62,587 nt of DNA from Patescibacteria group bacterium (GTDB lineage: Bacteria > Patescibacteriota > Patescibacteriia > 2-02-FULL-49-11): positions 1 through 62,587 of the forward strand of contig JBFLWV010000010.1 of the NCBI GenBank assembly GCA_040757655.1, written 5' to 3'. A program made the position numbers and the translations under genes. The notes under the pieces are model-generated. The model saw only the letters and a program-made list of their open reading frames with translations, did no database searches and was not told the DNA's origin. Shown piece by piece: positions 35,619 through 44,100 of this stretch (the first letter of the stretch is position 1; the number at the start of each line of letters is the position of its first letter).

Positions 35619-37043
35619 TCACGCATTCCATTTGAATTCCCCAGTCTCCAGATCGCCGTATGCCAAGTGTGCGTACTCCTCATCTCCGGCTTTGCGGCAT
35701 TCATTGCTTAAGGTCAAAACCGCCAGTTTCGCGCTTTCTTCTGTTAATTTTAAACGATCAATCAAAACATGTTTCAAAAACGCTAAGAAATACTTCGGTG
35801 CGGCAGGATCTTTCAAAAATTCCTGTACGGGCGTTGCATGCAACGCCCCTACATTATCCCCTGATTCCTGATTCATAATTCTTGATTCCCGCTTCTCAAG
35901 TTGATGTTTCCAATACTTCACAAACCTTTCCGACTTGCCAAATGACTGTTTGAGAGACCCACGCCGGGCCAATCGCCAAAGACAAGTCAATACTCCGACT
36001 ATATCACCTTTGTTCACGGCGCTGTAAAACCCATTCAGCTCTTCCTCTTCGTTCGCTCCACTCCCGCCTGCTTGTTCCAACTGCGCCAACGCCGGAGCGA
36101 TCACGGTATCCAAAGTCCATTGCTCATACTTCTTTATCATCTTATTCACCATAAAGTCCCTCTTCGCTTCCCCGCCCAAATTTTCAACAATATCCGCCGG
36201 CGCCTCCTCTCCCAGCGCATGCAAAATCACTTCCCGCATCTCCTGCAATCCTTTCTTAATTTTTACTTCATCAATCTCTTTGATCGGCTCAAATTTCCCT
36301 TCCCGAATTGTTCCCTTTATATCAGACTCATCAATAGGTATCGCATCCTCCATTCCTTCTAGAGTAAGAGACGATTTGAGTAAATGTCCATAAAGGGTAA
36401 TAAGCGTACGTAATTGTTCCTGTTGCTTAGTAGGTAAACGTCGTGCCTGTTCATCGCTGGATAGAAAACTATTGACATCAAGCGCTGTATATATTTTTTT
36501 CCCTAATTTCACAACCACCCGTTGTAACCACTGTCCAATCGTTAAAGCACTATTCATCAACACTCTCTCTCCTAGCAACGGCGCTATCTGACCAAACGGC
36601 TCCTGATTCTTCTCCAATGCTTCCCGTAAAACAACTTTCAGTCGATCACGATCATCTAGAAGCGGGTAAGTGAGAAACCAAGCTTTAACTTTCTCCCAAA
36701 TATCAAACCCCTCGCTCTCAAGCGCCTGAACTAGATGATGCGCAAAGAGATCAATCGCTTCAGTGTCACTCTTCACGGTATGAAATACCGTCCATCGCAA
36801 AATTACCATCATGCGTTGCAACGCGTGATACTGCTCGGGATAACGAATGGCGAACTCAGGAGATGCGTGCAAAAATGCATTTAAATCGTTGAGTAACGCC
36901 GCCGATTCTGCCACATATCCGAAAAACATCATTTCCTCTGCACGTCGCTTCAAACCGTCCAAAAATTCGACGTCACCAAGTTTATCCCCTACTTGCGTAA
37001 GAAGATCCGTTAGAGAAACTGATTTAAGAAACGCTGTACTCAT
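35619..37043 (-). CDS. Hypothetical 474-aa protein whose 3' end is the recurrent cassette boundary
   Basis: Long ORF immediately downstream of the VirB6-like gene. No motif recognised. Confidence 0.7.
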   Translation of the reverse strand: MSTAFLKSVSLTDLLTQVGDKLGDVEFLDGLKRRAEEMMFFGYVAESAALLNDLNAFLHASPEFAIRYPEQYHALQRMMVILRWTVFHTVKSDTEAIDLFAHHLVQALESEGFDIWEKVKAWFLTYPLLDDRDRLKVVLREALEKNQEPFGQIAPLLGERVLMNSALTIGQWLQRVVVKLGKKIYTALDVNSFLSSDEQARRLPTKQQEQLRTLITLYGHLLKSSLTLEGMEDAIPIDESDIKGTIREGKFEPIKEIDEVKIKKGLQEMREVILHALGEEAPADIVENLGGEAKRDFMVNKMIKKYEQWTLDTVIAPALAQLEQAGGSGANEEEELNGFYSAVNKGDIVGVLTCLWRLARRGSLKQSFGKSERFVKYWKHQLEKRESRIMNQESGDNVGALHATPVQEFLKDPAAPKYFLAFLKHVLIDRLKLTEESAKLAVLTLSNECRKAGDEEYAHLAYGDLETGEFKWNA

Positions 37044-37059
37044 AACAATACGTGCTTAA

Positions 37060-40000
37060 TCAAGCAAGTGTGGGGCCGTAACCAATCGCTGATGCGCCTG
37101 CATAGAATTTCGCGCCCACACCTCTTAAGATTCCACGAAACTCCCTGAACTCACTATCCGGATCGATACCGCCATAATCTCTAACCGTCCCTATTCTCGA
37201 ATTCATCAATCGTTCAAATTCGTCATAGAGTTTCCGTTGAGGAGCGGTAAGTGTGTCGCGCATTGCCATAAGAATATTCCTATTTTCGTCCGTCCATATA
37301 TTTAGCATGACGTTAGGATTCATGCGGTTGCGCTGTACTAACTCTACCAAACCTTGCAAACTATTACGAATTTCCAATAATCCGAACTCATTAAGCTGCG
37401 CCCTTCTGCCTTTACTGTGATCATTGGAGTCACGCCAGTATTCTGTAAACCACCCTCCCAAACGGTTGGCATTACGGATCCGGTGCTCAGAATCACGTTT
37501 CGAAGTCTCTATCAATACCCGCGCCCGCTGGCCCGCAAGATCGCGCTGGAAATACCTGCCGTTTTCCACACCCACTGACTGCGCCAACGACCAATGATTA
37601 ATGCCCTGGGCAATATCGGAAAGATTATTTTGGAATGCGTAAGCCCATTGCGGGTTCATTCCCATATGCTTAATAAAATTCTTATTGATAAATGTATTTA
37701 GTCCGTTCACGTCCGACTGATCTTGCCCGGGAATACCGAACTCGTTAACCAATTCGTTCAAATGCCCGACCTCAGCGGCGTGCTGAGCAATGCCTGCGGC
37801 AAGAAACCGATCGTGATTCGCCGTGGCGTTACGGAAAAGTGAGATAAGCTCGTCTTCGTTGTCAGTGACGATTTTACGCGCCTCTTCCATGATTTTTGAC
37901 CGTGCGTCGCGCAGGGCATAATAATCCTGCGGAATATACTGCTCAATCTTGTTTTTCTGCTCGGTTAATTCCCCGACCGTCTTTCTCATTGCCTCTACCT
38001 CGCGTCCAATCCGCTCACGATCCGCTTCGGAATAATTACGATTTGCCTGTCTGCTATAACGCTTCGCTTCTTTCTTGAGCTCACTAAATATATCTTTATC
38101 TTTATTCTCCTCCTGCGCTTGCTGTAATGCTTCCGCAACTTTTGGCGCAAGCTTGTTTTTCTGCACATCCGATAATCCGCCGCCCTTCCCCAATAAAAGC
38201 GCGATTTTATCCAAATCATCCTGAATAAGCTCGAGCTCACGCAATTCTTCCGCGCTTACCTTTCCACCTTTATCTTGCTTATCTTTGATGCTCGCCTGCA
38301 TGGTAATCCTCTTCAACTCTAACTCCTTTTCTTTTTGACCATATGCTGCTTTCTGTGCCTCTGACAATCCGCCGTTCTTCACGCGCATCGCTTCTTCGCT
38401 CTTCTCTCTTGCTTTCTTGGCATAATACTTTCGAGCTATATTCCGAAGCTCATTGTATTTTTTGTCTTTCTTCATTTCTTTCACAGCATTATAATCATCT
38501 TCGGCTTTTTTCTTTGCAACCTGCGCTGTACCGCGCTCTTGACTTAACTCATTGAGATTTTCGTGTCTCTTCTTTACATTCTCTTCCTTCTGAAAATCTT
38601 CTTTCTCTGCTTTTAATGCTTTGTCCTGTACATTGAGCAATTCCTGCATTTGAGCCGTATCGCTTACCGGTCGAATCTGATCATAATGCTTAGCGATCTG
38701 ATTAGATATGCGGGTAAAAAGCTTGTCATATTCTTCAGTATTACCCTTCCCTTTAGCTTCCATATCCTTTAATGCCTTCAACCCCTCCTGCCAGCCAGAT
38801 AATTTCCTTAAATTTGCCTCCAGCTCTTTAGGTAAAGCATCCTTGTCTGTTTCAAACCTCTCGAGTTCCATAACATCTGCGTCCAATTTTTTAAACTTAG
38901 CCTCCGCCTGATCAAATTCCATCTTCATGTCCTGCTCAAACGCTTCAGGCGCATTCAAGCCTTTCCGATCGTCCTCGCGCTCGGCGAGCTGCTTCGCCAA
39001 ATCTTTAATTTGTTCATCCAGTTGCGCCATCAATGGCTCATTTGGTCTCCACCAGGCAGATAGCAATTTATTATAGCCCAAACCCGCAAAAAGCTGCTCA
39101 TGACCGGCATCGGACGATAGCATGCCGGCGAGACGGAAAAGACTGTTAACTACACGTCCGCGTTTAGGATCGCCTTTCATGAGCTCCAAAGACATCATTT
39201 TAGCAGCCACCTCTTCCTTCTCTTTCTTGCGCTTGCGTGATTCCATAAAACGTTTAGGCAGATGGAAGGGATTTAAGTCAATGCCGGCGAGCCCGCGTCG
39301 TTTAATCTCGCCTGTCTTCTCATCCTGTTTCCAACTTGCGAGCCAACCTGCTTCTCCTGCGTGTATTTTTTCCGCCAAGACCGCAGGTGCCTTGAGGAAA
39401 GCAAGACTCGCTGCGCCAACTCCTAATTTCTGCAACTTCCCCGACACTTGGCCGGCAAACTGCCCGCCCATGACCCCGAGCTGCTGGGTAAGGGTGAGGG
39501 ACCCTAAAAGGAGCGCGATCACGATGATGAAATTGATGAGGTTGTCGGTGGCGCCTGCTTCCGTACCATAGGGGTTATACTCTTCAATCGTCACTTTTTC
39601 GCCTGCCAAGAACTTCCCGAACGTGCTGTTTTCCCGCCGGGTAAAAAGCCCCTGGTTCATGATGGCAAACGAGAGCCAGAGGAAAAACGCAAGCACCGGG
39701 CCCACGATCAGGTGCGACGTGAACTTTTCCCACCACTGGGACGCATATTTCTGCCCGCCGGGGAAAGACGAGAGGAGATAGGCAAGCGGCGAGAGCACGG
39801 TAAGGGTCCAGAGCATGATGACCCGGAACACCAACACGAGGATAAACACAAGCAACACCCCTGCGGTGATTGCGGTAATGGCAAGCCCGAGAAGCAGCGC
39901 GCCAAATATTTTTAGGCTCTCAATATCCTGGCCTTTTTCAACCGCTTTTCGCGTGAAACTTAAAATGTTCCCAATACCCGTGGCATCCACGATATTCCCT

Positions 40001-40512
40001 CCGGCAATGTCCCGGAAAGAATTCACGAACGTGAGCATGACGATCTGGGCAAAGTCAATGAAGAGCCCGGTGATCATCTTTGAAAAATTGATGAGCACCG
40101 CCATGATGAGGAGCTTCGGGAGAAGCGCGCGGTACGAGTACGACTCCACCTTGAAGATGGTGGCAACCGCGATCACCAAGAGGATCACGATGAAAAACAT
40201 GTTGGACACATCCCGCACCACAGTCCACCCGAGCTGCACCCCGTATTCGGTCGCAAAATCGTTATAGCTTGCCACCATCACGAGGATGGGAATGAGCGAC
40301 TTGGTCACCAGAAGCCCGAAGACCCAGACGAGGGCGTAAATGATTGCGGTAATGATCGAAGCAACCATGGTCTCTGCCGCATTTCCCAACCAGCCCCAAT
40401 CTGCGCTTATCCCTTCATGTGCATACAAAAACACGCCCCCGAGCGCGAGCGCCATAACGAGGAGAAGGGAGGAACGTTGCGGTATGAATTTTTTAACAAA
40501 GCCGCCTGTCAT
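37060..40512 (-). CDS. Large polytopic membrane protein (VirB6/TrbL/PrgH-like N-terminal ~400 aa) with long Lys/Glu coiled coil and unknown C-terminal domain
   Basis: At least 7 hydrophobic helices in residues 1-400, and about 450 aa of KE-rich heptad-like sequence. Sits in a T4SS gene neighbourhood. Confidence 0.55.
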   Translation of the reverse strand: MTGGFVKKFIPQRSSLLLVMALALGGVFLYAHEGISADWGWLGNAAETMVASIITAIIYALVWVFGLLVTKSLIPILVMVASYNDFATEYGVQLGWTVVRDVSNMFFIVILLVIAVATIFKVESYSYRALLPKLLIMAVLINFSKMITGLFIDFAQIVMLTFVNSFRDIAGGNIVDATGIGNILSFTRKAVEKGQDIESLKIFGALLLGLAITAITAGVLLVFILVLVFRVIMLWTLTVLSPLAYLLSSFPGGQKYASQWWEKFTSHLIVGPVLAFFLWLSFAIMNQGLFTRRENSTFGKFLAGEKVTIEEYNPYGTEAGATDNLINFIIVIALLLGSLTLTQQLGVMGGQFAGQVSGKLQKLGVGAASLAFLKAPAVLAEKIHAGEAGWLASWKQDEKTGEIKRRGLAGIDLNPFHLPKRFMESRKRKKEKEEVAAKMMSLELMKGDPKRGRVVNSLFRLAGMLSSDAGHEQLFAGLGYNKLLSAWWRPNEPLMAQLDEQIKDLAKQLAEREDDRKGLNAPEAFEQDMKMEFDQAEAKFKKLDADVMELERFETDKDALPKELEANLRKLSGWQEGLKALKDMEAKGKGNTEEYDKLFTRISNQIAKHYDQIRPVSDTAQMQELLNVQDKALKAEKEDFQKEENVKKRHENLNELSQERGTAQVAKKKAEDDYNAVKEMKKDKKYNELRNIARKYYAKKAREKSEEAMRVKNGGLSEAQKAAYGQKEKELELKRITMQASIKDKQDKGGKVSAEELRELELIQDDLDKIALLLGKGGGLSDVQKNKLAPKVAEALQQAQEENKDKDIFSELKKEAKRYSRQANRNYSEADRERIGREVEAMRKTVGELTEQKNKIEQYIPQDYYALRDARSKIMEEARKIVTDNEDELISLFRNATANHDRFLAAGIAQHAAEVGHLNELVNEFGIPGQDQSDVNGLNTFINKNFIKHMGMNPQWAYAFQNNLSDIAQGINHWSLAQSVGVENGRYFQRDLAGQRARVLIETSKRDSEHRIRNANRLGGWFTEYWRDSNDHSKGRRAQLNEFGLLEIRNSLQGLVELVQRNRMNPNVMLNIWTDENRNILMAMRDTLTAPQRKLYDEFERLMNSRIGTVRDYGGIDPDSEFREFRGILRGVGAKFYAGASAIGYGPTLA

Positions 40513-40514
40513 AT

Positions 40515-41050
40515 CATAACAAATCCAAATCTAATCCAAATCCCAAAATCCAAATACCAAAATGATATCTGTGAATCCAAAATTATCGACGGCCTTTCAT
40601 GGTAACGATACTTGCCCCAATAATTCTGGCAAACTCATTAGCCTCGCGAGAGAAGGCTTCAACTTCGTCTCGATGTGAGACGCTCACTGTTTCCTGGAGC
40701 ACCATGAGCCAGTAGATCGTCTCATTGGCTGATTTAAGTGCAATCTCGAAAAAATGAATGTAATCTCTTTTTGAACCTGAACCTTTCGCCTCTACGACGT
40801 TCGCACCAATTGAACCTCCACTGCGGATTACTTGATCGACGATTGACCACAGCAGTCTATTCTCACCTTTAATCCTCTCCCCAAGCTTGATGATATGCAC
40901 GGTGAATTGGATCAACCTTCTGATGAAATCCTTTTTGAATTGTTCTCTATCATTTTGGGATTTGGGATTTGGGTTTTGGATTGGCATAGAGGCTGTGGGG
41001 ATTTGGAATTTTATTTGACATTGGGATTTGGAAATTGGGATTTAATGCGT
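40515..41050 (-). mobile_element. Full-length palindromic element carrying a four-helix-bundle gene
   Basis: Left arm aaatccaaatctaatccaaatcccaaaatccaaataccaaaatgata; right arm tatcattttgggatttgggatttgggttttggatt, plus a second arm set. A miniature derivative lies at 19972..20103. Confidence 0.7.
40583..40987 (-). CDS. Four-helix-bundle protein (23S rRNA IVS-protein family)
   Basis: Motifs QVIRSGGSIGANVVEAKGSGSKRDYIHFFEIALKSANETIYW. The N-terminus MPIQNPNPKSQND is encoded by the repeat arm. Confidence 0.85.
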   Translation of the reverse strand: MPIQNPNPKSQNDREQFKKDFIRRLIQFTVHIIKLGERIKGENRLLWSIVDQVIRSGGSIGANVVEAKGSGSKRDYIHFFEIALKSANETIYWLMVLQETVSVSHRDEVEAFSREANEFARIIGASIVTMKGRR

Positions 41051-41116
41051 TGATGCTGAGATTTAAGTAGGTGTATAGAGTTTAGGGTTTAGAGTTTAGG
41101 ATTTAGGATTTTTCAA

Positions 41117-44100
41117 CTATGGTTTCACCCTGATCTCTCCCCCATACGGCGTCCAGACAGGCAAAGGTTGGTCGCTCACGCCAGTAGGAGCGCGGTAAAA
41201 TACATTATCGTACCGATAGGGTGCAGCGCAAAGAGAACCCGCGCATACGGCTGGCGCGCAGTTCCCATTGCACAATCCCCAGTTATCCGTCACCTGCACG
41301 AAGGGCTTGAATTTACATACTCCTTCACTACTATCCCAGCAATTTTCATCCAACGTGAGCCCATTGACTACCGTACCGCAGTCAGGAAGGTCGTCCCGCC
41401 CCACTTGCTTCCCACCCTCGCCGCACTCGTACGTATGCGTCACGAGGTAAGGGTCTGATAGGGTGGACCGCTCCGCGCTCCGCAATCCCGCCACCTCGGT
41501 GACCGGCGAACCATCGCCCCACTCCACCCGATATCCTGCAAGCGGTTTATGGTCAGGATGGACGTTTGCAGTAAACTCAAGCACCACTCCCCCTGCGTGC
41601 TCGATGATATTCGGCAAATACTGTATCCTCATCTCCCCTACGCGCGGCTGCATAGAAGGACCCGTACTGAGCCCTACGGTATCCCACGCCTCCACGGTAC
41701 AGGCGGCCGGGACATTGGGGCACGTCGTGGCATTATACTTGCACGAACAGAACGCATATTTCTTCGTGCGCTCATCAAACGCCCACACCCCATATACTTT
41801 CGCGAAAAGCTTCTTTAAGGTATCTTCACCTTTTGCTGCTCCCATGAACGTTGCATCATACATTGCCTTATAGAAATTCTCCCACAACTTCACCTCCTTT
41901 GGCTTATCAACCCCGGCGCAAATCCCTGGGGATCCCACATCACCCTCCACATAGCCACAATCGGGGTTCTCCTCGCATGATTTTCCTACCCGATCATCGC
42001 CACCTGTAAGACACACCCGTCCCCCTTCTTTTCTGGTAGTGACACTACAGGTACCATACACATGACATGCAGCATCATTTCCGATATCAGAAGCAGAACA
42101 AGAAGTAGCTGATAAATTATCACATCGATACTCCGGCTCATACTCACCCTGTATTTCTATACACTGACCAATATCATCGCAATCATTATCCGTTGCACAC
42201 CATTGGCCTTCTGTGCCGGCAGGAGCGGCGCACGTTTTTATGAAACACGTTCCTGTCAACTGTTGCGTACGGCAATCACTGTCATATTGACAATACAGAC
42301 TTGGCCCTGTGGCAACTGCAGCGCCCGTGGCATCCCTCCAGTCACCGCAACCACCTACAAACCTCATGCCATACGGCGATCCTGCGCGATACTGATAGGG
42401 AGGTTCTGCGCCTGCCTGCTGCGTGAGCGGCGCTTCCACGTAGGCAGGCCCTGGCCACGTGGTAGGATCACCCGGGTCAACGCCAGCACCTTTGGGAGGC
42501 ACCAAACCGCCATATGGTTCATAGTCTTGGGTATACGGATAGTGCGGCGCATTATACGGAGGCCTGAATCCTCCTGGCTCCAACCGTGAGGTATAAGGAA
42601 TGGCGTCTCCCTCGGGCGTCACTACCTGCGCAATCACATTGCACCGCTCTCCGCGGTAGGTGATCGTTGCGGAAGAGGCTTTGATCCTCCCATCGCCGCT
42701 GACGTTTTTAAAGAACACTTCTAGGTTCGTTAATTCATCATAGGGGTTAAATTCCAAACGCGCGGATACCATTCTACAATCATCTTCATGATCATTTGCC
42801 TCGCACCGCAGATAGGTATGAGGGTTGTGCGCCGCAGTAACGCCGCCTCCACAATTCTTTGAAGAAAGGAAACCATCGCTCCAATGATCCTTATTCATCT
42901 GATTCAGGATAATCGTCCCTTTTTTCCCCTCAAGAGAGGGATTTATATCCTTGCTGTCATTCCGCATGAAGCACGCCCAAGGATCGTCTTTAGTATCATC
43001 CATTTCTATATCATTGACCCGCACTTCAATAATTTCATTCTTTAAGATATGCAACCCTATCACGTTTACACTAAACAATTTCCTGTCCGCCCCTCCATCC
43101 CACTGTAGGTAGTTGGCGCTCATGATCTTGCGATCATAGTAAGGCCAATCGCCCTTTGATTCCAGGCAATAGTACAAAGGTTTCCTACCTTTATAGCCTA
43201 CCACCTCTCCGCCCGCAAACAGATCAGAAGCTCCCAAGAGCACATCCACCGGCCACCAAATCAAACAGTCATTCTTGGAATCAAACGCGCGCTCCGGGTC
43301 AGGATCTTGCCGCTCCACGCAATACCCTTTCCATCCACGGTACTCCTTGCCGGTTTCCTCCTCCAAAAAATCACATGCGGGCGCGTCTGGTTTGGGATAG
43401 GTCCGGCAGGAGCGGGGGATGGTGCTCACCTTGGCGACCGTAAGCACCGGCTGGAGACTAACCTCATCAATATATATTGCCGAAGGCGATTCTGATGAAG
43501 AAGCTCCTTGGACAAATTGCAGGTTTGCCTGACCGCTTACCGAAAGGGGCAGTGCGCCGTCTTCCGCTTTCGTGCCAAGCCGCATCTGGTAGGTTGCCCA
43601 GCCATACCCAAGAGTCACTCGCTGTGCACCTTTGCCGATCACAAAATTATGGTAATCTCTCCCGTTCACGGCAAGCTGGACCGCAATGGTCTTATAGAGG
43701 CACGCCTGGTTCCTGTCTTTGTCCGGAATCCAAGGACAGTCAGCGCTGGTACTGCATGGTTCGTCGATATCTTCCTCGCAGTATCCTTCATTCTGGTCCG
43801 TACGCGCGCGGAAGGTCAGCATCAAAGGATCAAGACCCGGGGTGGTATTAAACGCGCCGAGCGGCACATATGCGCCTGACCACCGCGGCTCTCCTGGCAC
43901 TACTTTAAGCGCAAATGAAGAGTTCACCGTATCGCCGGGTTTGCGATACACGTAGAGACTCGCTTTGTTTTGCGCGCGCCAGGGTGAAGCATAGCCGCTT
44001 TCAAAATTTCCGTTTTGCACTTTCAACAACCTCCCCACTTCATCCATGCGCACATAAGGGTAAAGACCCTCTATGCGGGTATCAAGGATGCAAGTTTCTG

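Noticed and set aside
41000-41116. The tandem gtttaggg/atttagg repeats near 41085-41110 as a telomere-like or regulatory array.
   Set aside because: It is only about 4 degenerate units, contiguous with the ordinary palindromic arm repeats. There is nothing to distinguish it from the general simple-repeat background.
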